Of a DNA stretch of 39,510 nucleotides, positions 26,274 to 34,109 are shown piece after piece (the first letter of the stretch is position 1; each line of letters opens with the position of its first letter). Source of the DNA: a virus (Duplodnaviria > Caudoviricetes). A program made the position numbers and the translations under genes. Below the pieces are notes generated by a model that worked only from the letters and a program-made list of their open reading frames with translations, made no database searches and was not told where the DNA came from. Location: positions 1-39,510 of IMG/VR virus record IMGVR_UViG_3300032266_001227, one strand, 5' to 3'.

Positions 26274-26328
26274 AGTTTGCTCTATGCAAACTTAGCGATT
26301 GACATTCAGTTTGCGAATTGCAAACAAT
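26274..26328 (+). promoter_or_regulatory. PL/OL-like early promoter with two operators
   Basis: AGTTTGC-TCTAT-GCAAACT (26274-26292), TTGACA (26299-26304), AGTTTGC-GAATT-GCAAAC (26308-26325). Confidence 0.82.
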
Positions 26329-26355
26329 GGCCCCCGTTCAACACGGGAGGCCCAA

Positions 26356-26595
26356 GTGCTCAAAGTCTCTGCAGCGTTCCCCAACCCCGGCGCCACCGCT
26401 TACGTCTCGCCCCACGGTGAGGCCGTCCGCATCATCCAGGCGAACGCCGATGGCAGCTACATCGTCGCCCGCCAGCGCCACCCCGCCATGTACGGCAGCG
26501 CCAGCGACACCTACCGCGCCGAGCCCGATGCCATCCACGCGACCGAGGAAGCCGCGATCGGCCTGAAGCCCCGCCGCAAGCGGAGGGCCGCGTGA
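26356..26595 (+). CDS. Hypothetical early protein
   Basis: GGAGG then GTG; first gene after PL; stop overlaps the next start. Confidence 0.7.
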   Translation: MLKVSAAFPNPGATAYVSPHGEAVRIIQANADGSYIVARQRHPAMYGSASDTYRAEPDAIHATEEAAIGLKPRRKRRAA

Positions 26596-26969
26596 TGGAC
26601 GATCTGCGCGAGAGCATTCGGATCGAACTGATCAATAGCCCTGAGACTGCAGACTTCATGGCAGCAGTTCCGCTCGAGGCCGCGCATCAGCGTGAGCGCT
26701 GGGGCTCCGAACATGACGCTGGCAAGACGCCGCTCGATTGGTTCTGGCTGATTGGATATCTTGCTCAAAAAGCTGCCGATTCTGCCGCACGCGGCGACGT
26801 AGAGAAGGCAAAGCACCACTGCATCAGCACGGCTGCAGCCTTGGCGAATTGGCATGCCAGCCTTACCGGCACCAGTCAGTTTATGCGGCCGGGACTTTCC
26901 GCAGAAGTTCAAGCTGCAGCGTTGGGCGAAGGTCAACTTACTCGCGCCTTGAAGGGCGCCGCGAAGTGA
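26592..26969 (+). CDS. Hypothetical phage protein (possible MazG-like helical fold)
   Basis: EAAHQRERWG..HD..K...DWFWLIGYL..KA...AAALANW. Confidence 0.7.
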   Translation: MMDDLRESIRIELINSPETADFMAAVPLEAAHQRERWGSEHDAGKTPLDWFWLIGYLAQKAADSAARGDVEKAKHHCISTAAALANWHASLTGTSQFMRPGLSAEVQAAALGEGQLTRALKGAAK

Positions 26970-27409
26970 CCGTCCTCTCGCTCCCCCAGCTCGCCGCCGA
27001 GCAGTTCCGTCGCCGCCAGACCAAGGCCCGCGCCGTCGTCGCATCCCGGCAGATGAGCACGGCGCAGGCCGAGGCGCACTTGCGGCCTTGGCTGGCGATC
27101 GCCTGCACCCTCGGCGCCGATCTGCCCGAGCTGGTCGGCCCCTTCGAAAGCCGGGAAGGCAACCGCTGGCTCGCCGCCGATGATGTGTGCCCGCGCAAGG
27201 TCTGGGCCCCGCTGCTCGCCGCCGCGCGTGACAACGCGATGGACCGCCTTCATCTCGATGAAAGCGAAGAGGCCATCGGCAACGCCGCCGCCCTGCTGCG
27301 CATCGCGCTCGCGCTGGCCTACGATCCGAACGGTCATCACGTCCCCTGCTACCGCGCCGATCTGCGCCAGGCGCGGGCTGCAGCCCAGACAAGAGAGCTG
27401 GCAGCATGA
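26966..27409 (+). CDS. Hypothetical protein
   Basis: GTGA overlap start (VTVLSLPQLAAEQ); coupled on both sides. Confidence 0.65.
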   Translation: MTVLSLPQLAAEQFRRRQTKARAVVASRQMSTAQAEAHLRPWLAIACTLGADLPELVGPFESREGNRWLAADDVCPRKVWAPLLAAARDNAMDRLHLDESEEAIGNAAALLRIALALAYDPNGHHVPCYRADLRQARAAAQTRELAA

Positions 27410-27492
27410 AGGCGTATATCTTCATCATCGGCTTTGCCGCGCTCTACATGATCGGCGTGCTGGCCGAAGCCATCGGGCGCACCCCGGCATGA
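27406..27492 (+). CDS. Small membrane peptide (28 aa)
   Basis: MKAYIFIIGFAALYMIGVLAEAIGRTPA; ATGA overlaps on both sides. Confidence 0.6.
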   Translation: MKAYIFIIGFAALYMIGVLAEAIGRTPA

Positions 27493-27611
27493 TCACGCCG
27501 GACCCCGAACCGCTGCCGCCGATCCTCACCTCGGTCTGGCTCCCGGTCACCGCCGCGCTCCTCGCGCTGCTTCTCGCGCTGCGCGTCTTCATCCAGTTCC
27601 AGGGAGGCTGA
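27489..27611 (+). CDS. Small membrane peptide (40 aa)
   Basis: MITPDPEPLPPILTSVWLPVTAALLALLLALRVFIQFQGG; ATGA overlap. Confidence 0.6.
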   Translation: MITPDPEPLPPILTSVWLPVTAALLALLLALRVFIQFQGG

Positions 27612-27614
27612 TCG

Positions 27615-27713
27615 ATGCAAACCATCCTGATCATCACCGCCGCCATCGCCTTCATCTGCGGCGCGTCCGTCGGCACCGTACTCGGCGCCTGGTGGGCGAC
27701 GCGCGGGGAATGA
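27615..27713 (+). CDS. Small membrane peptide (32 aa)
   Basis: GGAGG RBS; MQTILIITAAIAFICGASVGTVLGAWWATRGE; stop overlaps the next ATG. Confidence 0.6.
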   Translation: MQTILIITAAIAFICGASVGTVLGAWWATRGE

Positions 27714-28063
27714 TGGTCATGGCTGCCTTCAAGCCGCTGGCACCGATCAGCCCGCCCACCCCGCGCGTCACGCCACTACTCAAGAGCGATCCCGGCGCGA
27801 TCTCGCGGGCAGAGCGCGATGCGCTGCGCCGCCACATCGCCGATCTGCCGAACCCGGCCGTCTATGCCGAATGGCTGGCGCTGGCCGATCCGCATGCCGC
27901 GCAGCTGCTCGTGAATCCCACCACCTGCATCCGCGGCACCAGCGCTGCCGATCAGCGCGTCGCCGCGGCGCTTCGTCCCTATGGCCTGTGCGAAATGCGC
28001 GGCACCGGGATCACCGCCTTCGGCACCGCCGTCCGCCGCCGCCTTCTGGAGCTCGAGATATGA
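27710..28063 (+). CDS. Hypothetical protein
   Basis: Coupled starts and stops; C-terminal LRPYGLCE...ITAFGTAVRR resembles a winged-helix end. Confidence 0.65.
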   Translation: MMVMAAFKPLAPISPPTPRVTPLLKSDPGAISRAERDALRRHIADLPNPAVYAEWLALADPHAAQLLVNPTTCIRGTSAADQRVAAALRPYGLCEMRGTGITAFGTAVRRRLLELEI

Positions 28064-29127
28064 ACGCTTCTCCAAATCCCGCTCAATTCAAGCGCGGCGC
28101 GCAAGTTGGCGCGCCGCCCAGCCTCGAACAGATCCCCGTCGATCGCCTGCAGGTCGATGCCGCCTATCAGCGCGCCACAGATAGCGCCGGTTCGCGCAAG
28201 ATCATCAACGGCATGGTCAAGCGCTGGGATTGGTCGCTTTGCCAGCCTCTGGTGGTCGCAAGGCGGAGCGACGGCGCGCTTTACATTCTCGATGGTCAGC
28301 ACCGCCATGCGGGCGCGACCGAGCGCGGTGATATCCCCTTCCTGCCTTGCGTGGTCCTCTCCAGCCTCGGCCATGCCGATGAAGCGCGCACCTTCGTCGA
28401 ACTCAACACACGCCGGCAGAAGCTGACCCAGGCTCAGGTGTTCCACGGCATGCTCGCCGCCGGCGACGACAACGCGAGGCTCGTGCTGCAGCTGATCGAG
28501 GAAACCGGATGGCGCGTGCGCACCCACAGCAACACCGCCGCCTATGGCGCGGGCGATCTCGAATGCGCGCCGATGCTGGTCAAGGTGGTCGCGGCGAAGG
28601 GCGGCGACCCCGTGCGCTTTGCACTCACGGTTCTGCGCCTCGCCTATCCCGATACCGCCGTCCGCCAGACGTCAACGATGCTGAAGGCGCTGCTCGAGAT
28701 CTTCGACAACCCGGACCATGGGTTGACGGCGACCGGCCTTGCTTCGCTGATCGGATCGGTGCCGCCCGGCAAATGGGCAAGCCGCGCCGCCGTGCTGCAG
28801 GAACAGCGCCCGAACTGGTCACGCGTCACCGCGCTGGCAAAGGCGATCATGGCCGAAGCGACGGGTGAGGAAGCGGTCACGCCACCCCGCAGTGCGCCCG
28901 CGCCTATGCCGCCAGCACCCACCCCCAGCACCGGCGACCCCGCGATCGCCGTGCGCAGCAGGCCGCAGACGGCGCTTGCCCCGGCGCAGCGCCCGCGCGC
29001 CGCCTCCGCACCCTCGCCCTTCGGCACCACCGGCAAGGGCTGGTGCGAACAGTGCCAAAGCCTTCGCAGCCGGGAACACGCAGCCGCCTGCAGCAGTCGC
29101 TTCTGCAAGCTGCGTCCGCACACCTGA
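28060..29127 (+). CDS. ParB/Srx-fold protein (DUF6551-like) with C-terminal Cys cluster
   Basis: LQVDAAYQR, PLVVARR..G.LYILDGQHR, EARTFVELN; ends WCEQC...CSSRFC. Confidence 0.8.
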   Translation: MNASPNPAQFKRGAQVGAPPSLEQIPVDRLQVDAAYQRATDSAGSRKIINGMVKRWDWSLCQPLVVARRSDGALYILDGQHRHAGATERGDIPFLPCVVLSSLGHADEARTFVELNTRRQKLTQAQVFHGMLAAGDDNARLVLQLIEETGWRVRTHSNTAAYGAGDLECAPMLVKVVAAKGGDPVRFALTVLRLAYPDTAVRQTSTMLKALLEIFDNPDHGLTATGLASLIGSVPPGKWASRAAVLQEQRPNWSRVTALAKAIMAEATGEEAVTPPRSAPAPMPPAPTPSTGDPAIAVRSRPQTALAPAQRPRAASAPSPFGTTGKGWCEQCQSLRSREHAAACSSRFCKLRPHT

Positions 29128-29152
29128 TCCCCTTTCGAAAGGAACCGCCACC

Positions 29153-30592
29153 ATGGCCACCCAGCCCACATCGCTGCTCGACTTGCCTCTCAATTCCCTG
29201 ATCCTCTCCGCGCTCAACGTCCGCCACACCGAGCGCGATGCCGAGATCGCGAGCCTCGCCGAGGATATCGCCGCGCGCGGTCTCAAGCAGAACCTGGTCG
29301 TGGTGCCTGCGCATTTTTCGACGGGCGAGGCTCGCCCGGTTGCGGAGCGCAGCGAAGCAGAGCCAACCGGAAAAACCGACTGGCAGGACAAGTGGGAAGT
29401 GATCGCCGGCGGGCGTCGGCTGCAGGCCATGCAGCTGCTGCTCGCCGATGGCCGCTTGCCCGTCGATCATCTGGTCCCTTGCCTGATCGAAGACCGCGCC
29501 GACGCATCGGAAACCAGCCTTTCCGAAAACCTGCACAAGGTCAGCATGAACCCGGCTGACGAGTTCGCCGCCTTCCACGCGATCGTCGAGCAGCGCCGCG
29601 CCCAGGGCGAGCCGGAAGACGAAGCCATCGCCTACACCGCCCGCCGCTTCGGCGTGACGGTCAAGCACGTCCAGGGCCGTCTGCGCCTCGCCACCCTCGC
29701 GCCCGAGATCCTCGAAGCCTTGCGCGCGAACGAAATCACCCTCGATATCGCCAAGGCCTACGCCGGCACCAGCGATCACGACGTGCAGCGCACCGTGTTC
29801 AAGGCCGCGAAGAAATCGCCCTATGCGCTCACCGCCAAGGATATCCGCAATCGCCTGCGCGGCGTCACCTGCAGCCTCGATGATCCGCGCATGGAATTCG
29901 TCGGGCTCATTGCCTACCGCGCCGCCGGCGGACGCACCGAAACCGAGATGTTCATGGGCACCGAAGGCGAGGAACGCGTCGTCGACGTCGCGCTGCTCGA
30001 CAAGCTCGTGAAGGAAAAGGGCGAGGAACTGGCCGCCGCTGCCGCAAAGACCGATGGCTGGAAATCCGCGATCTTCACGTTCAGCTATGCCTATTCGGTC
30101 AAGAAGCCCGAAGGGTTTGCCATGAGCTGGGGTGGCGCCGATCAGCTTTCGAAGACCAAGCGCAAGCAGTGCATCGCAATCTACATCGCCCGCGGCGATG
30201 GAATCGAACTGCAGGCGCACCTTGAGCCGATGAAGCCCGCTGAGGAAGCACCGCGCCGCGACTGGGAAGCCGAACGCCGCGAGCATGAGCGCGAGATGCG
30301 TATCACGCGCAGCGCTGCCCGCCTCGCCGCGCGCGAGGTTCAGCCCGGACTTGCGGAGATGTTCATCGCCTCGCCCGAATCCCTGATCTGGCCAACCGGC
30401 TATGCCGCACCTGTCGAGCGCGACGACGACGAAACTTTTGTGCTGGTCACGCTGCAGATCCGTTTGCCCGTCTCCGAGCTGGAAGCGCGCCGCGAGGAAG
30501 CCACCCGCCTGATCGAAGCTGCCGAGGCCGTCGCCGACGAAGCCGACGAAGACGACGATCGCGAGTTCAGCGAAGAGGAAGCGGAGGCCTGA
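29153..30592 (+). CDS. ParB/RepB/Spo0J family protein
   Basis: AAGGA RBS; NVR, LAEDIAARGLKQNLVV, VIAGGRRLQA, SLSEN, MNPADE, HTH ARRFGVTVKHVQGRLRLA. Confidence 0.9.
   Translation: MATQPTSLLDLPLNSLILSALNVRHTERDAEIASLAEDIAARGLKQNLVVVPAHFSTGEARPVAERSEAEPTGKTDWQDKWEVIAGGRRLQAMQLLLADGRLPVDHLVPCLIEDRADASETSLSENLHKVSMNPADEFAAFHAIVEQRRAQGEPEDEAIAYTARRFGVTVKHVQGRLRLATLAPEILEALRANEITLDIAKAYAGTSDHDVQRTVFKAAKKSPYALTAKDIRNRLRGVTCSLDDPRMEFVGLIAYRAAGGRTETEMFMGTEGEERVVDVALLDKLVKEKGEELAAAAAKTDGWKSAIFTFSYAYSVKKPEGFAMSWGGADQLSKTKRKQCIAIYIARGDGIELQAHLEPMKPAEEAPRRDWEAERREHEREMRITRSAARLAAREVQPGLAEMFIASPESLIWPTGYAAPVERDDDETFVLVTLQIRLPVSELEARREEATRLIEAAEAVADEADEDDDREFSEEEAEA
29338..29364 (+). repeat. 27-bp intragenic element, copy 4 (in ParB)
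   Basis: Identical to copy 2; read as VAERSEAEP; preceded by the palindrome GGGCGAG-G-CTCGCCC. Confidence 0.95.
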
Positions 30593-30595
30593 GCG

Positions 30596-30970
30596 ATGGA
30601 GACTCGCTCGTGCGCTGTTTGCGGCTGCACCGATGCCGCCGCCTGCACCGATGATCTGCGCGGCGCATGCTGGTGGGTCAGCGAAAGGCTGTGCAGCCAC
30701 TGCGCCCAGCCCGATGCCCGGCGCGGCCTCGCCCTGGTCGCGGCCAGCCAGCTTTCCGAAGTCGTGGCAGAGCTGCTGCGCTTCGCCCGCGAAGGCGATC
30801 AGGAAGCCTTTGGCCCCTTCGCGCTCGATCCGGCCGAGAACACGGCCGACGCCCTGCGCGCCATCCTGCGCATCGAGTGCGCGACCATGCACTCGCCAGG
30901 CGCGCTCGATCCCGATGAGCACGGCCAGCTCATTTCCGCGCTTGCCCGCTTTTTGGATGGCTGGGCATGA
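30596..30970 (+). CDS. Zn-ribbon hypothetical protein
   Basis: CAVCGCTDAAAC...CWWV...LCSHC. Confidence 0.72.
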   Translation: METRSCAVCGCTDAAACTDDLRGACWWVSERLCSHCAQPDARRGLALVAASQLSEVVAELLRFAREGDQEAFGPFALDPAENTADALRAILRIECATMHSPGALDPDEHGQLISALARFLDGWA

Positions 30971-31584
30971 ACCTCGCCGCCGCCTTGCCCCGCCGCGATT
31001 ACCGGCTCGTGCTGATGGATCCGCCCTGGCGCACCGTGCTCTGGTCCGGTGCCCAGCGCACGCCCACGCAGAAGCGCGGCGATGATCACTATCCCACGAT
31101 GTCGGCCGAGCAGCTCGCCGCGATGGACGTCGCCGCGATCGCCGCGCCCGATGCGGTGCTGGCGATGTGGACGCTCGGCAGCCATCTGGATCAGGCGCTC
31201 GCCCTCGGCCGCGCGCTCGGCTTCGTCTACGTCACCGATCTGTTCTACTGGGTAAAGCAGCGCCAGCTGCGCCCCAACCAGACCGATCTGTTCACCGATG
31301 ATGTGGTCGCGCCGCCGATCGGCATGGGCAAGTACACTCGCAACCAGGTCGAGCCCTGCCTGCTGTTCAAGCGCGGCAAAGGCGTGAAGCGCGCCTCGGC
31401 CAGCGTCCGCCAGTTGATCGTCGCCCCCCGGCGCGAGCACAGCCGTAAGCCGGCCGAGCAATACGAACGCCTCGAGGCGCTGTTCGGCCCCGTGCCCCGC
31501 GCCGAGATCTTCAGCCGCACCACGCGCCCAGGTTGGGACGCCTGGGGCAACGAAACCGGCAAGTTCGAGGAAGCCGCCGCCTGA
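30967..31584 (+). CDS. MT-A70 family N6-adenine methyltransferase
   Basis: DPPW, HYPTM, LAMW, GMGKYTRNQVEPCL, REHSRKP, EIFSR and GWDAWGNE motifs. Confidence 0.93.
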   Translation: MNLAAALPRRDYRLVLMDPPWRTVLWSGAQRTPTQKRGDDHYPTMSAEQLAAMDVAAIAAPDAVLAMWTLGSHLDQALALGRALGFVYVTDLFYWVKQRQLRPNQTDLFTDDVVAPPIGMGKYTRNQVEPCLLFKRGKGVKRASASVRQLIVAPRREHSRKPAEQYERLEALFGPVPRAEIFSRTTRPGWDAWGNETGKFEEAAA

Positions 31585-31874
31585 TGCGCTGCGGCCACTG
31601 CGAACCCGATTACTGCGCCTGCGCCGACTTCTACGCCGGCAGGATGGCTTTTTGGAAAGGTGAGATCATGCCCGAAGCCGATGAATGCCCCTGCGCTGCG
31701 TGCCAGGCCGACATCGCGCGCACTGATGTGGTGGAACTCGTGGAGGCGGCAGCGCGGGCATTGCACGAACTGGACGCGGTGATTGCTCTGGTGTCGCACC
31801 AGATAACGTTCGCCGACATGGGCAAGGTTGCCGAGCGCCTTCGCGCCGCACTCGCCAAAGTTCAGCAGCCATGA
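31584..31874 (+). CDS. Cys-rich hypothetical protein
   Basis: TGATG coupling; MRCGHCEPDYCAC...CPCAAC. Confidence 0.6.
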   Translation: MRCGHCEPDYCACADFYAGRMAFWKGEIMPEADECPCAACQADIARTDVVELVEAAARALHELDAVIALVSHQITFADMGKVAERLRAALAKVQQP

Positions 31875-31957
31875 GCCTCACCCTGCGCGATTTCCTCCGC
31901 CTCAATTTCGGTTGGTACGGTCTCGAAGACTGGCACCCCGCCGACCTGCGATTCTGA
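31871..31957 (+). CDS. Small peptide (28 aa)
   Basis: ATGA overlap; MSLTLRDFLRLNFGWYGLEDWHPADLRF; fills the gap before DUF5131. Confidence 0.5.
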   Translation: MSLTLRDFLRLNFGWYGLEDWHPADLRF

Positions 31958-31961
31958 AAGG

Positions 31962-32966
31962 ATGGCCATGGCCGACAACACCAAAATCGAATGGGCCGAC
32001 GCCACGGTGAACGCGGTTAACGGCTGCTCTGTGGTCTCGCCCGGCTGCACGAACTGCTATGCCATGCGCCTCGCCGGCACGCGCCTGAAGCATCACCCCT
32101 CGCGCGCAAGCCTGACGCAGGAAAGCAAGGCCGGGCCCGTCTGGACAGGCGAGGTGCGGTTGAACGAAGAGGCGCTCCTGCAGCCCCTGAAATGGAAGCG
32201 CCCGCGCCGGATCTTCTGGAACGCGCATGGCGACCTGTTCCACGATGCCGTGCCCGACGCATGGATCGACCGGGTCTTTGCCGTCGCAGCGCTCACCCCG
32301 CAGCACACGCACATGATCCTGACGAAGCGCTCGAAGCGGATGCGGGAGTACATGTCAGCACTCGTCGACACCTTTCACGCCTCGCCAGACAGCATGGATG
32401 AGCGCTTCGGAAACCTTTGCGTCGAATTGACTTACTCGCCATGCGCAGCTGGGGCATTTGAGGAGGTCAACTGGCCGCTCCCCAACGTCTGGCTTGGCGT
32501 CAGCGTCGAGGACCAGATCCGCGCCGACGAGCGCCGGGAGGACTTCCGCGCCACGCCAGCGGCGGTGAAGTTCGTCAGCTATGAGCCTGCGCTTGGCCCA
32601 GTTGACTGGGTGGGTTGGAGCTTCGTTGACCAGATCATCGGCGGCGGCGAGAGCGGGCCCAAGGCGCGGCCATCGCATCCGCAGTGGTTTCGCGGCACTC
32701 GCGATTGGTGCGCCGCGAATGGCGTTGCGTACTTCCACAAACAGAACGGCGAGTGGGCACCAGCCATTCCCAAGCCATCCGAAACACCCGGTCGCTATGC
32801 CATGATGGCCAGAGATCCGCATGGCTGGTCCTATGAAAACCCGGTGCTACTCGACCACTACCCACGCCAATTCACACAGTTCGGATCGATCGTTCTGGAA
32901 AAGGTCGGCAAAAAGCGCGCCGGGCGCCTGCTCGATGGCGCTGAACACAACGGAGTCCCAGCATGA
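31962..32966 (+). CDS. DUF5131 / phage Gp37Gp68 family protein (three-Cys motif)
   Basis: TKIEW, GCSVVSPGCTNCYA, DLFH, LTKR, NVWLGVSVEDQ, S.EP.LG, GGESG and HKQNGEW motifs. Confidence 0.92.
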   Translation: MAMADNTKIEWADATVNAVNGCSVVSPGCTNCYAMRLAGTRLKHHPSRASLTQESKAGPVWTGEVRLNEEALLQPLKWKRPRRIFWNAHGDLFHDAVPDAWIDRVFAVAALTPQHTHMILTKRSKRMREYMSALVDTFHASPDSMDERFGNLCVELTYSPCAAGAFEEVNWPLPNVWLGVSVEDQIRADERREDFRATPAAVKFVSYEPALGPVDWVGWSFVDQIIGGGESGPKARPSHPQWFRGTRDWCAANGVAYFHKQNGEWAPAIPKPSETPGRYAMMARDPHGWSYENPVLLDHYPRQFTQFGSIVLEKVGKKRAGRLLDGAEHNGVPA

Positions 32967-33349
32967 TCGCCACGCTCGCCTATGCCGCCGCCGCGCTGTG
33001 CCTTTTGCCTAGGGTTCACGATGGCGATACCATCCACTGCGCCGGCCCGGGCGGCACCGTGGAACGCATCCGCATCAGCGATATCGATGCGCCCGAGCTG
33101 CCCGGCTCGCCACGCTGCGAGATTGCCCGCGTGCGCGAGCTGGCGCGCAGCCGCAACCCGGCCTGGTGCGATACCGCCCGCGGCGAACAGGCCCGCGCCG
33201 CACTGGTGGCGTTCCTCGCCAGCGGCCCGGTGATGATCCGCCGCCTCGGCCCCGATCACTACGGCCGCACCCTCGCGCTCGTCTCGGTAAACGGCCGCGA
33301 CGCCGGCGCCTGGCTGCGCCAACAGGGCCTCGCCCGGAGGTGGCGGTGA
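32963..33349 (+). CDS. Thermonuclease (SNase-like) family protein
   Basis: VHDGDTI, RIRISDIDAPE, DHYGRTLA, GLARRW; hydrophobic N-terminus. Confidence 0.9.
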   Translation: MIATLAYAAAALCLLPRVHDGDTIHCAGPGGTVERIRISDIDAPELPGSPRCEIARVRELARSRNPAWCDTARGEQARAALVAFLASGPVMIRRLGPDHYGRTLALVSVNGRDAGAWLRQQGLARRWR

Positions 33350-33651
33350 TGGCTATGGCCCCTTGGCTTGATCCTGATCGACGTGACACTGCGTGCCGTT
33401 CGTGCAAGCACGGTTGGTTTCCGATCATGCCCCCAGCGATGTACGGCTCTTATGAGCCAGAATGTCAGCGGCCAATTGGAACAAGGCTCGATCCGGTCTG
33501 GGGCAATACAACCACGTACCTCAGCGTATCGTGCAAATATGAGCGCCGCAGCGCGCACAGCTTCTTTGGTCGCGTAAAGTGCGGCCCATCCGGCCGCTTT
33601 TTCGAAGCTCGACCACCGATGACACCGCCTCCACCACCGAGCAGCAAATGA
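33349..33651 (+). CDS. Cys-rich hypothetical protein
   Basis: CRSCKH...C...CKYERR...CGPSGRFFE; coupled to neighbours. Confidence 0.7.
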   Translation: MAMAPWLDPDRRDTACRSCKHGWFPIMPPAMYGSYEPECQRPIGTRLDPVWGNTTTYLSVSCKYERRSAHSFFGRVKCGPSGRFFEARPPMTPPPPPSSK

Positions 33652-34109
33652 CCGCCCCCGTCCGCATCCGCCTTTCGCGCGCCAAGGGTTGGCGCCTGCC
33701 CGAAGGCGCGGTCAATGTCGCTCGCCCCGGCAAACTGGGCAACCCGTTCATCGTCGGCCGGGATGGCACTCGCGAGCAGTGCGCCGCGCTCTACCTTTCG
33801 CTGCAGCGCGGGTTCATCGGATTTGCCGACAAGGTGACGCCCGAAGAACAGGTCCGCGCCTTTCGCGCCCTACACCGCGCACTGCCGGACCTGAAGGGCA
33901 AGAGCGTGGCCTGCTGGTGCGCGCTCGATGGCGGTGCCTGCCACGGCGATATCATCCTTGCCGCCGCAAACCCCGAACTGCCGATGCCGGAATGGCTGGC
34001 CAAGGGCATCGAGCTACCGCGCGTCCGCCTCGGCATGCACATCGCCGACTATGAACGCGAACTGCGCAAGGCTGCAAAGCGCAAGCAGGCCACCCCGAGC
34101 CGCCCATGA
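33648..34109 (+). CDS. DUF4326 family protein
   Basis: PVRIRLSRAKGW, VARPGKLGNPF, LKGKSVACWC...CHGDII. Confidence 0.88.
   Translation: MTAPVRIRLSRAKGWRLPEGAVNVARPGKLGNPFIVGRDGTREQCAALYLSLQRGFIGFADKVTPEEQVRAFRALHRALPDLKGKSVACWCALDGGACHGDIILAAANPELPMPEWLAKGIELPRVRLGMHIADYERELRKAAKRKQATPSRP

Noticed and set aside
18699-29364. Shared GSASLRSAT peptide as a protein interaction motif
   Set aside because: Conservation is at DNA level, including third codon positions, and two copies are read from the opposite strand, so the cause is a nucleic-acid element.
28904-30922. 672-aa minus-strand ORF
   Set aside because: Shadow of the ParB gene on the opposite strand.
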